Source of the DNA: Planctomycetota bacterium
GTDB lineage: Bacteria; Planctomycetota; UBA8108; SXIK01
DNA length: 64,000 nt
Direction of reading: 5' to 3'
Assembly (NCBI GenBank): GCA_965223845.1
Contig: CBDCXR010000004.1
Location: 320,001-384,000 of the forward strand
Below are positions 44,062-54,567 of this stretch, one piece after another. A program made the position numbers and the translations under genes. Each line of letters opens with the position of its first letter. Within the stretch, counting starts at the first letter, position 1. The notes below the pieces were generated by a model that saw only the letters and a list, made by a program, of their open reading frames with translations, was not told the DNA's origin and made no database searches.

Positions 44062-45645
44062 ATGTCGCTAGCAAGAACGATTCGCCGGCCGACCAGTACG
44101 GCCGTGATGGCCGTACTGGTGCTCGTCAGTGCTCGGGGCCTTACGGACGATACCAACCAGACGGCCGAGTCGGGCGCAGCCGCGGACGAGTGCCCGGACA
44201 ACACGAAGATCGCGTCGTATCCCGAGCTCAGAGATACGACCCGCCGGACGATCGAACGGGCTCTCGATCTCTTCAAGCGCTCGGATTCCTCGCCGCATTG
44301 GGACGCGATGATTCAGAAGGGGCGGGCCGGACTGAAGGGCGTGGCACGGCGGGACAAGAAGACTCCGCTTCCCGAGTTTTATCTCGGTATGTCGTACTTC
44401 GAAACCATGCTCTACGACGCTGCGGAGAAGTGGCTCGAGAAGGCGCTCAAGGCATCGCCCACTTTTCATGAGGCGCACCTCGTGCTCGCGCGAGTGAAGA
44501 TCATCGCGAAGGACTACAAAGCGGCGCTCACGCATACCGAGAAGGCGCTCGAGATCTGTCCGAAGTTCTTGCCGGCCGCCTATATCAAGTCGGAGTGTCT
44601 CGTCCGGCTCAATCGCATCGAAGACGCGCTGCGATTCTTCGACGAATCGCCGGCGACGAGAGATTTGCCGCGCACGTTCGACGAGATCATCGAACTCGAG
44701 GAAGAGGAGGTTCGTCGGAATCCACCGCGACGGCCTCCCCCTGTTCCCGACTCCACCGTTGTGGACGAGGCGAAAGCGGCTGAGGAAGCCGAGAAGGAAG
44801 CGGAGCTAGAGCTCCGGCGCAGCGGCACTCGGCTTCGTGTGCTCCTCCAGCGGGCCGTGGATGGTCCGGAGTGGGGCCGCGGTTTCGTCAAGGAATCGAA
44901 GCACTACCGCATTTCGACTCCCGTCTCTCAAGCGTTCGCGGACGAGGCCTCGGAGCGGGCGGAGCTGATCCACGAGCTCTACCGCAAGCTGTTTCCGAAG
45001 ATCAAGCGGCCGAAACGAAAGTACGAAGTTTGGATCTACGGTTCCGAGGAAGAGTACATCAACTCGGGTGCGCCGGTCGGCACGGCCGGCTACTACGACA
45101 CGACGTTTCGCCGCCTCGTGCTGTACTACGAGGAGCGAAACCTGGATTACACGTACTCAGTTCTTCAGCACGAGGCGTTTCACCAGTTCTTCGACGACTA
45201 CGTGAGGATCGCTCCGCCGTGGTTCAACGAAGGGCTCGGTGAGTACTTCGGGGCGTTCGAGCTCTACAAGCGAGGAAAGAAATCGTATCTCCGTTCGCCT
45301 CGCGATCTCGGTCAACGGCGCTCGGCGTCGGCGCTCGTTCGATCTCGCGGGTACACTCCGCTCCCGATCTTCCTCCGCATGAACCAAGAGTACATGTACC
45401 GCCGAGCCGGTGTGCACTACGCCCAGGCACTGTCCCTCGTCCACTTCATGCTCGAAGGCGTCTCCTACAATCGCGACGTCGGCGTCGGTCTCGTAACGAA
45501 GCGAACCTACCGCAAGGTTCTCCTCGAGTACTTCAACCAGATCCGCCGGGGCAAGAACCCAGTCCAGGCTTACGACGCGACCTTCGCGAAGATCGACCTG
45601 AAGATGTTCGAGGAGGACTGGATCGATTTCGCGTCGAGGCAGTAG
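44062..45645 (+). CDS. TPR + DUF1570 putative zinc-metallopeptidase-like protein
   Basis: TPR units; LQHEAFHQF (HExxH), PPWFNEGLGEYF, YAQA.SLVHFML; GGGAGG RBS. Confidence 0.82.
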   Translation: MSLARTIRRPTSTAVMAVLVLVSARGLTDDTNQTAESGAAADECPDNTKIASYPELRDTTRRTIERALDLFKRSDSSPHWDAMIQKGRAGLKGVARRDKKTPLPEFYLGMSYFETMLYDAAEKWLEKALKASPTFHEAHLVLARVKIIAKDYKAALTHTEKALEICPKFLPAAYIKSECLVRLNRIEDALRFFDESPATRDLPRTFDEIIELEEEEVRRNPPRRPPPVPDSTVVDEAKAAEEAEKEAELELRRSGTRLRVLLQRAVDGPEWGRGFVKESKHYRISTPVSQAFADEASERAELIHELYRKLFPKIKRPKRKYEVWIYGSEEEYINSGAPVGTAGYYDTTFRRLVLYYEERNLDYTYSVLQHEAFHQFFDDYVRIAPPWFNEGLGEYFGAFELYKRGKKSYLRSPRDLGQRRSASALVRSRGYTPLPIFLRMNQEYMYRRAGVHYAQALSLVHFMLEGVSYNRDVGVGLVTKRTYRKVLLEYFNQIRRGKNPVQAYDATFAKIDLKMFEEDWIDFASRQ

Positions 45646-45726
45646 GCGTTCGCCGCCTCTCTCGCATTCCCTCGGCGAACGCTCGGAACAAGCGTCCGAT
45701 CGGGAACGAGATCGGGCGGTTGGGCC

Positions 45727-46266
45727 TTACTCCTCTTCGTCGAGAGCCGCGTGCAGCACGTCGAGAGTGCTGATGATCCCGACGAGCCGCGCGTCGTCGT
45801 CGAGTACGACGACACGATGCACGGCCTGGTCGGTCATGCACTCGAGGATCGAGCGCAGCGAGGCGTCCTTTTGCACGCTGACGACGTGAGTCGTCATGAA
45901 GCGCTCGGCCGGTTGTGCGGCCGCCGGAGCGACCGAATCGCCGACTTCACGCAGGCGCTCCTCGTAGATCGCTAGCGGAAGCGCGAGCTGCGATTCGAAG
46001 AACGCCGACGCCTGAGCGCGCCGGCGCTCGTCGTCGATCGCCGTCTCTGCGCCGACGAGATCTCGCGCCGAGAGAACTCCGACGCAGACTCCGTTCTCGT
46101 CGACCACGGGGGCGCCGGAGATCCGCTCTTCGAGGAGCACCGTGGCTGCGCGAGCCAGCGGGTCGCTGCGCCGGATCGTTACGACGTCACTCATCATTAC
46201 GTCGGCTGCGCGGGTCATATCGAGCCAGTCTCCCAGGGTGGTCGCGGAAGCTCGGTTTACGTCCAT
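45727..46266 (-). CDS. CBS-domain pair protein
   Basis: AADVM..DVVTI...ISGAPVVD..G..VGVLS..D and FMT..VVSV...HRVVVLD...LVGIIS.LD. Confidence 0.92.
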   Translation of the reverse strand: MDVNRASATTLGDWLDMTRAADVMMSDVVTIRRSDPLARAATVLLEERISGAPVVDENGVCVGVLSARDLVGAETAIDDERRRAQASAFFESQLALPLAIYEERLREVGDSVAPAAAQPAERFMTTHVVSVQKDASLRSILECMTDQAVHRVVVLDDDARLVGIISTLDVLHAALDEEE

Positions 46267-46303
46267 CGGACCCTCTTCGGTCGGTCGTACGGATCGAGTC
46301 GGT

Positions 46304-46894
46304 TCAGTCTGGACTTCCCGACTCGTCGTCCTCGGTCTTATCGCGGAGCTCGCGGACGTCGGCGTAGCGGTGGCGGCGAGAGAGCTCACTCTTGTACGCC
46401 GCCACGCTCCGTACCAGCGATCTGAGCGCGCGGACGAATGCGGGATGCCATTTCGCGTCGGAGATCGATGCGCAGAGGGTCCGGCGCGGCAGGTGAAGCG
46501 ACAGGTGAACGTCGGACGATCCCCGCCGCGCGTCGTCAGCGATGTCGACGCGGAGACTGGCGCGAGGGAAGCATCGCACGGTGCGCTCGAGGACGCTGTT
46601 GCGGACGTGCTCCTCGATCTGTTGGCGACGTTCCCGTGCTTTCTCTCGCTGCGAGCAGTGGACGGCGACGTTCAACCGAGCGCCGCGATCGGATTCCGCT
46701 TCACCACGGTCCGCTCTCGCGCTCGAGAGCTCGTCGAGCGTGCCGTCAGAGGGGGGAGTTCCGCTCTGCACCGTAGCTTGCACGTCGCTAGCTGCTCGGC
46801 GGCGTCGCGTGCGCGGTTCGTCTTCTCCGGTGTCGCGAAGGCGAGGGAGACTTTGGTGCGGCTTTCGAATCGGGGAGTGGTCGACTTTGGACAT
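46304..46894 (-). CDS. HPF/RaiA-like ribosome-associated protein with N-terminal extension
   Basis: AAGGAG RBS; C-terminal LER.V..FP...L.V.I.......V.LSL.LP.RTL.A........AF.RA...LV..V..YK pattern, recalled as HPF-like and not verified. Confidence 0.55.
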   Translation of the reverse strand: MSKVDHSPIRKPHQSLPRLRDTGEDEPRTRRRRAASDVQATVQSGTPPSDGTLDELSSARADRGEAESDRGARLNVAVHCSQREKARERRQQIEEHVRNSVLERTVRCFPRASLRVDIADDARRGSSDVHLSLHLPRRTLCASISDAKWHPAFVRALRSLVRSVAAYKSELSRRHRYADVRELRDKTEDDESGSPD

Positions 46895-46902
46895 GGCGCG
46901 TA

Positions 46903-47403
46903 TCAACTCCTTTCCGCCGCGGTGAGTCGGGGCTCGGGGGATTCGAGACGATAGAAACGACTGCAGAAATCGAAGTTTTGGAGAACCTGAAGAAGATCGA
47001 GCGCGGACAGCATCCCGATCGGTTCGCCGTCTTCGACCACGAGGAGCCGATGGAGGCGGAGTCGGCACATCGCATCGGCCGCGTCGACCAGTTCGTCGTC
47101 GGGAGTGACGAAGTGCACGCGCCGCGACATGACGCGTGCGACCGGCTGCTTTCGGAGCTCGGCCTCGAGCTCCGCGTGCGTTTCGCTCGTGTCGGTGAGC
47201 TGGCGCGCGATCCACCGGACGACGTCGTACTGTCCGACCATGCCGACGAGTGCGCCTGCATCCGAAAGCACCGGCACCCCACCGACGTGATACGACGCGA
47301 GGATCTTGTCGAGCTCGCTGATCGGCGTGTCTTCATGCACCGAGACCAAACAGTCACGGCGGACCAAATCTCGAACTCGGAGCGGTGCGCGCGTGTCTCT
47401 CAT
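46903..47403 (-). CDS. CBS-domain pair protein
   Basis: VRDLV...VGGVPVL...G.LVGMV..D and VARVMSR.V..V.PD...HRLLVV..G..IGMLS.LD; AAGGGG RBS. Confidence 0.92.
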   Translation of the reverse strand: MRDTRAPLRVRDLVRRDCLVSVHEDTPISELDKILASYHVGGVPVLSDAGALVGMVGQYDVVRWIARQLTDTSETHAELEAELRKQPVARVMSRRVHFVTPDDELVDAADAMCRLRLHRLLVVEDGEPIGMLSALDLLQVLQNFDFCSRFYRLESPEPRLTAAERS

Positions 47404-47590
47404 GGAATCCCCCTTGTTTTGCTTCTTCCGCTGATCGAAAGCGGCGCCGGAGTGAGGTTTTCGTTTGAATCGCCGCCCGGATTCCTCGGTGTGGTGTCAC
47501 AGCTGCTGACCGCGGTGCCCGATCCGCTGCTTTCGGGGCGCGATCCACGTCGCGTGAGGAACCCGGGCGAACTGTTCTTCGCGTCGCTTG

Positions 47591-47606
47591 TGCAAACCGC
47601 ATTCCA
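47591..47606 (-). promoter_or_regulatory. sigma54 (-24/-12) promoter for the CBS-HPF-CBS genes
   Basis: Minus strand TGGAATGCGGTTTGCA = GG-N10-GC with TTGCA, about 190 bp upstream of ATG 47403. Confidence 0.65.
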
Positions 47607-47807
47607 GCGCCGCCGCCCTGCGACGTGACGAGAGACTCCGGCCGGAGACCCGCGGGGCGAAGCGCTCGAGCGGGCATCGACCGCGAATCATTTCGCTTTC
47701 GTCGAGCCAGAAGGGAGATTGTTCGCAGCCTTGACGTCGCAATCGACCGGTTCGCTCGGGTGGCGGCCGACGTGCCGAAAATCACCCGCTCGCACGGACG
47801 CGGACGT

Positions 47808-49460
47808 TTACCCTTCGGGGCGAGTTCTTTCCCGGAGAACCTTGAGCGCAGCGGCGAGACTCGCGGCCTCTGTCCCGCCCGTATCGATGCGGTGAGCGGT
47901 GTCGGTGGGCAGAGAGCGCGTGCGACGTTGCTTCGCGAGGACGTCCGGAGTGGCTTCGGACGGATCCTCGCCTTCGGCCAGGCGGCGGCGAAGCCGCTCG
48001 TCGGCCACCGCGTCCGGGACGACGCATTCGAGGATGGTCACCGCGCTCGCGGCGTTGCGTGCCTCGTGTTCCATCGCCGTGAGATCGCCCGCCGAGGAGA
48101 ACGTGGCATCGACGACGACATGGGCGCCGGCGCGGAGGAGAGTTCCCGCGCGCTCGGTGAGCGCCGCGTAGACCTTTCGGCGATTCTCGACGGAGTAGCG
48201 GCCGGCAGCGTAGGCGGCGTCGCGGGCGTCGTCCGCCACGGCGGGAACGATTTCGCGTCGGAGCTCGTCCGAGCTGAGCACGTCCGCACCGAGCTCCCGC
48301 CCGAGCCTGCGCGCGAGCGTCGACTTTCCCGACGCCGAGAGGCCGCCGACGAGAACGCAGCGCGGGCGGCCGAGCCCGAGACTTGTCGAGTGCGCGAGCT
48401 CGAAGTATCGGATCGCCGCGCGCCGGTGAGCGTCGATCTCACGTCCGCATGACACCTGCTGAGCGCGGAGGAGATGGACCTTTGCGCGGACGTGTGCGCG
48501 GTAGCTCACATAAAAATCGATGACGGTCGTGATGCCCTCGTCGCCCGAGGCCTCGATGTAGAGATCGAGAAAGTCGCGCCAGAGACTCGGCTCTCCGAGA
48601 AGGAAGAAGTCGACCGCCAAGAAGGCGAGGTCGCTTGCGACATCGCCGCAGCGCAGTCGATCGGAAAACTCGATCGCATCGATCACGACCGGGTCGGGGA
48701 CGAACGCGACGTGGTCGACGCGAAGGTCGCCGTGTCCCTCGCGGATGCGCGCTTCGGCGACCCGTCGTTCGAAGACCTCCGGGCGAAGAGCGAGGGTCGC
48801 GAGCTGCGCCGAGCGAATCGCCGCCCGCCGCGCGGCGCTGATCACGTCCCCGATCGCTCCGCTCGTTTCGCGAAAATTGTCTTCGCAGTTCTTGCGAATC
48901 GCGGTTACTGCGCCGTACTCGTCGACTTCTCGCCCCGTCGGGGCTTCGGCGTAGAACCGCGCGAGAAGGGCGACGAGCAGTTTGAGATCGGCCCGGGGGA
49001 ACTGCCCTCGCGCGATGCGTTCTCCGAGTAGCGCGTCGTCGGGAATGCGGCGCATGAGGACGAGCGCCTCTACTGCTCCCGGCGGAGTCGCGCCGGTATC
49101 GCGCACCCACTCGAGCTTGCCCGCGCGCTCGACGACGACGAGAACACCCGCGTAGATCGAAGGGGCGAGGCGGCGATTGATCCGAACTTCGTCGCGGCAC
49201 CGCGCGAGGCGATGCGAAAACGTCGAGTAGTCGAGGAAGCCGAACTTGACCGACTTCTTCATCTTGTACACGTACGAACCGGCGAGGAATACGAGCGAGC
49301 CGTGCGTCTCTCTCGTTTCGATCACGTTCACTTCGTGATCGTACGAGTCGGGCCGGGAGAGGAGCTCGATCACGCGTTCTTGAGTGCGGCAGGTGGACAT
49401 CGCGCGCGCCATCGCCTCGACCGGAGCGTCGGACGCGGAGCTCGGCGTCTCGCGGCTCAC
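47808..49460 (-). CDS. Bifunctional aminoglycoside-phosphotransferase-like / AAA_33 kinase (COG2187-COG0645)
   Basis: ETH.S.VFL.G..VYK.KK.V.FGFLDYST, REGHGDL, ID.IEF....R..DVA.D.AFL, then P-loop GLSASGKST and VVDATF. Confidence 0.9.
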   Translation of the reverse strand: MSRETPSSASDAPVEAMARAMSTCRTQERVIELLSRPDSYDHEVNVIETRETHGSLVFLAGSYVYKMKKSVKFGFLDYSTFSHRLARCRDEVRINRRLAPSIYAGVLVVVERAGKLEWVRDTGATPPGAVEALVLMRRIPDDALLGERIARGQFPRADLKLLVALLARFYAEAPTGREVDEYGAVTAIRKNCEDNFRETSGAIGDVISAARRAAIRSAQLATLALRPEVFERRVAEARIREGHGDLRVDHVAFVPDPVVIDAIEFSDRLRCGDVASDLAFLAVDFFLLGEPSLWRDFLDLYIEASGDEGITTVIDFYVSYRAHVRAKVHLLRAQQVSCGREIDAHRRAAIRYFELAHSTSLGLGRPRCVLVGGLSASGKSTLARRLGRELGADVLSSDELRREIVPAVADDARDAAYAAGRYSVENRRKVYAALTERAGTLLRAGAHVVVDATFSSAGDLTAMEHEARNAASAVTILECVVPDAVADERLRRRLAEGEDPSEATPDVLAKQRRTRSLPTDTAHRIDTGGTEAASLAAALKVLRERTRPEG

Positions 49461-50845
49461 TTGTCGTCGGGATGTTTCAGGTGGTGCAGGTCGAACTTGT
49501 CGACGCGGTAGCGGATCTGATCCCGATTGAGGCCGAGCAGCTTTCCCGCGCGCGTCTGGTTGCCTCGCGTCAGGCGAAGTGCCTGTTCGACGAGATCGCG
49601 CTCGATCGCCTCGAGTGAGACGCCACGCGCGGTCAGCGTGATCGTGTCGTTCGGGCGATCCGCGGACTCTTCGATGAGGCTCAGCGGGAGATCCTGGGCG
49701 TCGAGCTCGTCACCCGTGCCGAGGATCATCGCCCGCTCGATGGCGTTGCGAAGCTCGCGGACGTTCCCCGGCCAATCGTAGGCCTCGAACCGCTCGAGGA
49801 GCACTTTTTTCATTCCCCGAACGTTCTTCTTGAACTCGCGATTGAAGTGCTGGATGAAGTGCGCGACGAGGAGAGGGATGTCGCCCTCGCGTTCGCGGAG
49901 CGGCGGGAGTCGAATCGGAATCACGTTCAGGCGGAAATAGAGGTCCTCCCGGAACTCGCCGCTCGCCGCGAGCTTCTTCAGGTCGCGGTTCGTCGCCGCG
50001 ACGACGCGGACATCGACCTCGATGTCTTTCTGTCCACCCACGCGACGGAACCGCCGCTCCTCGAGAACGCGGAGCAGCTTCGCCTGCAGATAGGGGCTCA
50101 TGTCGCCGATTTCATCGAGAAACAGCGTGCCGCCGTCGGCGAGTTCGACGAGACCTTTCTTTTGCCCTTTCGCGTCGGTGAAGGATCCCTTCTCGTGACC
50201 GAAGAGCTCGGATTCGAGGAGTCCCTCGGGGAGCGCCGTGCAGGTGATGTTCATGTACGGACCGTCTGCGCGCGAGCCGCCGTAGTGGATCGCCTTGGCG
50301 AGGACGTCCTTCCCGGTTCCGCTCTCTCCCTGGATGAGCAGCGTCGAGGAGGGCGAGGTGAGAACGCGCTCGACGAGTCGAAACACCTGCTGCATGGCCG
50401 GTGACTCGCCCACGATGGCGCTCCTCTCGAACTCTCCGCGCCGCTCGTCGCGCAGGCGCTGGAGCTCGTCGCGCATGTGGCTGTGGCTGAGGACCCGGCC
50501 GACGCGGAGCGCGATGTCGCCGTCGGCGAAGGGCTTCGCAACGTAGTCGGTCGCTCCCGCTTGCATCGCGCGCACGGCGTTGTCGATGCTCGAATGAGCG
50601 GTGATCATGATGACGTTTTGAGCGATTCCACTCTCGCGGATGCGCTCGAGAACGTCGACTCCCGTCATGTCGGGAAGCTTGTAGTCGAGGAGGATGACGT
50701 CGTACGAGCGGTCCGCGAGGGCGCGCAAGACTCCGTCACCGGTTTCGGCCTCCTCGACGTCATACCCTACTTCGGAGAGGCTCTCCTTGAGCGACCACCG
50801 AATCAGCTTCTCGTCGTCGGCGACGAGGATGGTTCCTGAGGGCAT
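49457..50845 (-). CDS. NtrC-family sigma54-dependent response regulator
   Basis: Receiver ([17 protein letters not shown]); [39 protein letters not shown]; Fis-type HTH. Confidence 0.96.
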   Translation of the reverse strand: MPSGTILVADDEKLIRWSLKESLSEVGYDVEEAETGDGVLRALADRSYDVILLDYKLPDMTGVDVLERIRESGIAQNVIMITAHSSIDNAVRAMQAGATDYVAKPFADGDIALRVGRVLSHSHMRDELQRLRDERRGEFERSAIVGESPAMQQVFRLVERVLTSPSSTLLIQGESGTGKDVLAKAIHYGGSRADGPYMNITCTALPEGLLESELFGHEKGSFTDAKGQKKGLVELADGGTLFLDEIGDMSPYLQAKLLRVLEERRFRRVGGQKDIEVDVRVVAATNRDLKKLAASGEFREDLYFRLNVIPIRLPPLREREGDIPLLVAHFIQHFNREFKKNVRGMKKVLLERFEAYDWPGNVRELRNAIERAMILGTGDELDAQDLPLSLIEESADRPNDTITLTARGVSLEAIERDLVEQALRLTRGNQTRAGKLLGLNRDQIRYRVDKFDLHHLKHPDDK

Positions 50846-51058
50846 CGGTTCTCTTTCGCGTTTCGAGTACGGATACCGCGATCGCGCCTCGCAAATCGCT
50901 CGCCTCCGGGATTCGGCCGCTCGCGGCGCGGTTCGGAGCGCGAGAATCCCCGAGAGGCGCTGATTATTCCCCGCTCGCCGCGAGTTTTCTCCCGATTTCG
51001 CGGGCGCGAGTTCTTCGTTCGGGACGAGTTTCTCCTGCCGAGTCGAGTTTCCGTCTTC

Positions 51059-51074
51059 TGGCCGCGCGTTTGCT
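51059..51074 (+). promoter_or_regulatory. sigma54 (-24/-12) promoter for the oxidase operon
   Basis: TGGCCGCGCGTTTGCT = GG-N10-GC with TTGCT, about 105 bp upstream of ATG 51180. Confidence 0.65.
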
Positions 51075-51179
51075 TTCGCCCGAATCGCGATTGCGGACGG
51101 GACCTGGCGTGTCTGCGAACTCGAGTTCGCGGATCCGCGGGAGAGCACGAATCGGTTCGGGGGAGACGAACGAGAACAC

Positions 51180-52052
51180 ATGCGTGTGATACTTGCCATC
51201 GTGACGCTGCTCACGGGCGTCCTCTTTTGGGGTCTCTTTCGCTCGGGTCATCACCTCGGAGCTCTCCGGACGTCGGAACCGAGCTCCGATCCGGTTCACG
51301 AGCAGATGACCGATGAAGGCGAGGCGGGCGCGCGGCTCTACCGTCTCTACTGCGCCGGCTGCCACGGGGACGGAGGCGCGGGCGATGGCCCGGCGGCAGC
51401 CTTCCTCGACCCGAAGCCGCGCGACTTCACGACGGGCGTGTACAAGTTCGTGTCCTCGCCCGGTGGGACGCTTCCCTCCGACGAAGATCTCCACCGGACG
51501 ATCACCTACGGGCTCTACGGCACTTCGATGCCGGGATGGAAGTTTCTCTCGCTCGTCGAGCGGGAGCAGCTCATCGAGCATCTGAAGACGTTCTACGATT
51601 GGAGCGAGGGCTATACGGCGCCGGACGTTCCGTTCTACGAGAATCCGTTCGACATTACCGAACCCGACGACGTTCGGCGGGCGATCGAAGCCGGGCGCGT
51701 CGTGTATCACAAGGACGCTACCTGCTGGCAGTGTCACCCGGCATACATGCCGCGCGACGAGCTCGAGACGATGATCGGGGGGCCGGCGCGACCGGATCTC
51801 ACCGCCAGTCTCAGCAAGCCGGACATGTGGGAACAAGTGGTGAAGCCGCCGGACTTTCCTCACGATCGGTTGAAGTCGGTGCGCGAGCTGCGCGATCTCT
51901 ACCGCGTGATCACGGCGGGCGTCGGAGGAACGGCGATGCCGACATGGAAGTCCGCGCTCAGCGGAGAGCAACTGTGGGCACTCACGTTCTACGTCGATTC
52001 GCTCCGCCCGCGAAGCCTCGCCCTGCAGATGATCGCGGGAGGTGAAGAGTGA
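51180..52052 (+). CDS. Membrane-anchored diheme cytochrome c
   Basis: CAGCH and CWQCH; PKPRDF...GLYGTSMP and GVGGTAMP distal-Met motifs; N-terminal TM. Confidence 0.92.
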   Translation: MRVILAIVTLLTGVLFWGLFRSGHHLGALRTSEPSSDPVHEQMTDEGEAGARLYRLYCAGCHGDGGAGDGPAAAFLDPKPRDFTTGVYKFVSSPGGTLPSDEDLHRTITYGLYGTSMPGWKFLSLVEREQLIEHLKTFYDWSEGYTAPDVPFYENPFDITEPDDVRRAIEAGRVVYHKDATCWQCHPAYMPRDELETMIGGPARPDLTASLSKPDMWEQVVKPPDFPHDRLKSVRELRDLYRVITAGVGGTAMPTWKSALSGEQLWALTFYVDSLRPRSLALQMIAGGEE

Positions 52053-53470
52053 GCTCCACTGACGCGAACCTGCGCCCAGCGAACGGAGGATCTGTGAACG
52101 AATCGCCGAGCGTTCCTCTCGTGGAGCGCCGTCTCGTCCTGTACCACCTCGCCGCGGGGATGGTGTGCCTTCTCGTCGCGCTGCTCGGCGGGTTTCTCTA
52201 CTCGCTCGCCTTTCTCCAGAAGTATCCGGCGGAAGGCGTCTCCGTGCTCTCGCCCGGGCGAGTCCGCATGGTTCATACGAATCTCATCGCCTTCGGATTC
52301 CTCGTGAACGCCTTCGTCGGCTTGCTCTACTGGGCCGTCCCGCGCATGACGCACCGCCCGGTGTACAGCGGGAAACTCGGGTGGCTGATCTTCGTCGTGT
52401 GGCAGCTGATTCTCGTCGGAACCTTCGTCGGGATCCTTCTCGGAGAAGCGCAGGGGCTCGAGTGGGGCGAGACGCCGGTGTGGGTCGACCCGTTCGTCGT
52501 CGTCGGCGCCGTTCTTCTCATGGCGCAGTTCTTCCCCTCGATCGCCGGCGCGCGCGGGAGGTCGCTCTACGTTTCGAACTGGTACATCAGCGCCGGGCTC
52601 GTGTGGACGGGACTCACGTACATCATGGGGAACTTCCTCCCCGAGTACTTCATTCCCGGAGCGTCCGGTGCCGCTCTCACGGGGCTCTACATCCACGACC
52701 TCGTCGGCCTCTTCGTGACGCCGATGGGTTGGGGCCTCATGTACTACTTCGTGCCGATCATCATCAAGAAACCGATCTTCAGTCACGGCCTCTCACTGAT
52801 CGGATTCTGGGGACTCGCCTTCTTCTATCCGTTGAACGGCGTCCACCATTTTCTCTACAGCCCAATCCCCATGTACGCGCAGTACGGCGCCATCGTTGCG
52901 ACGATCGCCGTCGAGGTCGTCGTGATGACGGTCATCGTCAACTTCTTCGCGACGCTCTTCGGCCGCGGAGACCTGCTCCGAACGAACCTCGCGATCCGGT
53001 GGTTCTACACCGGGATGATTCTTTACTTCGTCACCTGCGCGCAGTGCGCGTACCAGACGACACTCGAAGCGCAGAAGATCATCCATTTCACGGACTGGGT
53101 CGTCGGGCACGCTCACCTCGTCATGTTCGGCGTGTTCAGCTTCTGGATCTTCGGCACGATCGAATTCGTCTGGCCCAAGCTCGCCGGACGGGAGTGGTTC
53201 TCGGCGCGGCTCAATCACTGGGCGTATTGGCTGTGCACGATCGGACTCGTGTGCATGTTCGTGATTCTGCTCGCGGCGGGGTTGATGCAGGGATTTCTTT
53301 GGAAGTCGCTCTCACCTTGGGAATCGTCCGTCGTGAGCTCGTTCCCGTTCTGGTGGGGGCGGACCCTGAGCGGGATTCTCATCATCCTCGGTGTGACCCT
53401 ACTCGCACTCAACATGCTCTGGACCGCGCGCGGCGGACCTCGCGCGAACGAGCGGACGATCGGAGGCTAA
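52049..53470 (+). CDS. ccoN: Heme-copper oxidase subunit I, C (cbb3) family, divergent
   Basis: GRVRMVHTN, LYVSNWY, IHDLVG, MYYFVP, YPLNGVHHFLY, HFTDWVVGHAH: all six His ligands and the helix-VII Tyr are present. Confidence 0.9.
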   Translation: MSSTDANLRPANGGSVNESPSVPLVERRLVLYHLAAGMVCLLVALLGGFLYSLAFLQKYPAEGVSVLSPGRVRMVHTNLIAFGFLVNAFVGLLYWAVPRMTHRPVYSGKLGWLIFVVWQLILVGTFVGILLGEAQGLEWGETPVWVDPFVVVGAVLLMAQFFPSIAGARGRSLYVSNWYISAGLVWTGLTYIMGNFLPEYFIPGASGAALTGLYIHDLVGLFVTPMGWGLMYYFVPIIIKKPIFSHGLSLIGFWGLAFFYPLNGVHHFLYSPIPMYAQYGAIVATIAVEVVVMTVIVNFFATLFGRGDLLRTNLAIRWFYTGMILYFVTCAQCAYQTTLEAQKIIHFTDWVVGHAHLVMFGVFSFWIFGTIEFVWPKLAGREWFSARLNHWAYWLCTIGLVCMFVILLAAGLMQGFLWKSLSPWESSVVSSFPFWWGRTLSGILIILGVTLLALNMLWTARGGPRANERTIGG

Positions 53471-53473
53471 CCC

Positions 53474-54091
53474 GTGGAGAGATTCAGTCGGATATTCCTC
53501 GTCGCCGGACTTCTCTTCTTCGGATTCGCCTTCGCGATCATGGCGGTGATTCCCTACCTCCACTTCGTCGACCTGCCGGTCGAGACGGCGGAGGATCTGG
53601 CGCCGAGCGTCATGGCCGCGTTCCAGGATCTCGAGGCGCGCGAGCCGGAGGCGTTCCGGCGCGCCTTCCCGAACGGAGCGACGACCGAGCACGCGGCGGA
53701 GGCGCTGCGTCGCGGTCGCAAGATCTTCATTGGCGAAGGCTGCTGGCACTGCCACTCGCAGTTCATTCGGCCGGTATCGAACGAAGACGTCCGCTGGGGC
53801 AAGATCTCCTACGCGGCGGAGTTTCAGAACGAGCTTCAAATGCCGCCGCTGCTCGGGACTCGGCGCGTCGGTCCCGATCTCGTTCGTCAGGCGAACGTCC
53901 ACTCGAGTGACTGGCACTTTGCGCACTTTTACAACCCGCGCAGCGTGTCGCCGACTTCCGTGATGCCGCCGTTCCCGTGGTTCTTCGACACGGACGGCGA
54001 GCGTATCGTTCCGAATCGTGACGGCTTTTCGATCGTGACTTACGTGCAGTGGCTCGGCAGCTGGATTCCCGAGGAGGCCCGTCTTGACTGA
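53474..54091 (+). CDS. ccoO: cbb3-type oxidase subunit II (monoheme)
   Basis: GRKIFIGEGCWHCHSQFIRP, LLGTRRVGPDL, WH.AH.YNPR...P.S.MP.FPW. Confidence 0.93.
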   Translation: MERFSRIFLVAGLLFFGFAFAIMAVIPYLHFVDLPVETAEDLAPSVMAAFQDLEAREPEAFRRAFPNGATTEHAAEALRRGRKIFIGEGCWHCHSQFIRPVSNEDVRWGKISYAAEFQNELQMPPLLGTRRVGPDLVRQANVHSSDWHFAHFYNPRSVSPTSVMPPFPWFFDTDGERIVPNRDGFSIVTYVQWLGSWIPEEARLD

Positions 54092-54383
54092 GGAAACTCT
54101 CAAGCGCCGGCGTATCGCACAGTATGTCTGCGTCGTCATGCTGCTCGCCGTTTTCATCGGAGCGTTCGGCTTCGTTTACAAGCTCGTCCAGTTCGCGCGG
54201 GAGGCGATGGGCGAGGATGCGGCGAGCTTCGCCGTCGTGCCGGTGCTCACCTACGCGTGCGTCGCCGGGGGATTCCTGAGCCTCTTTCTCTGGTCGCTTT
54301 CACGCGGGCAGTTTCGTGACATCGAGGGGCCGAAGTACCGCCTGCTGGAGGACGAGGAGCGCTATGAGCGAGACGGTGTCTGA
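54084..54383 (+). CDS. CcoS-like oxidase maturation protein (two TM)
   Basis: FLWSLSRGQFRDIEGPKYRLL resembles the CcoS W....GQF.D.E motif; lies in the oxidase operon. Confidence 0.7.
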   Translation: MTEETLKRRRIAQYVCVVMLLAVFIGAFGFVYKLVQFAREAMGEDAASFAVVPVLTYACVAGGFLSLFLWSLSRGQFRDIEGPKYRLLEDEERYERDGV

Positions 54384-54567
54384 CGAGCACGCGAGGGCGG
54401 CCACGACGCCCGGTGCTGGTGAAGGCGGAGAAGAGTACCTGAGCTACGAGGGCGCGGTCGTTCCGTGGTTCGTGGTTCTCCTCTGGCTCGGCTTCATCGC
54501 CTTCAGCGTGATTTATCTCCTTCGGTTTGTTCCCGAGAGCTGGATGGAGTGGTTTGCCGGTGAATGA
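54364..54567 (+). CDS. Small single-TM protein in the oxidase operon
   Basis: GAGGAG RBS; VPWFVVLLWLGFIAFSVIYL; overlaps both neighbours. Confidence 0.65.
   Translation: MSETVSDEHARAATTPGAGEGGEEYLSYEGAVVPWFVVLLWLGFIAFSVIYLLRFVPESWMEWFAGE

Noticed and set aside
52049-53470. Subunit I as a nitric-oxide reductase (cNOR)
   Set aside because: It retains the helix-VII Tyr, lacks the HLWVEG motif, and sits with Cu-delivery genes, all of which point to a CuB oxidase.
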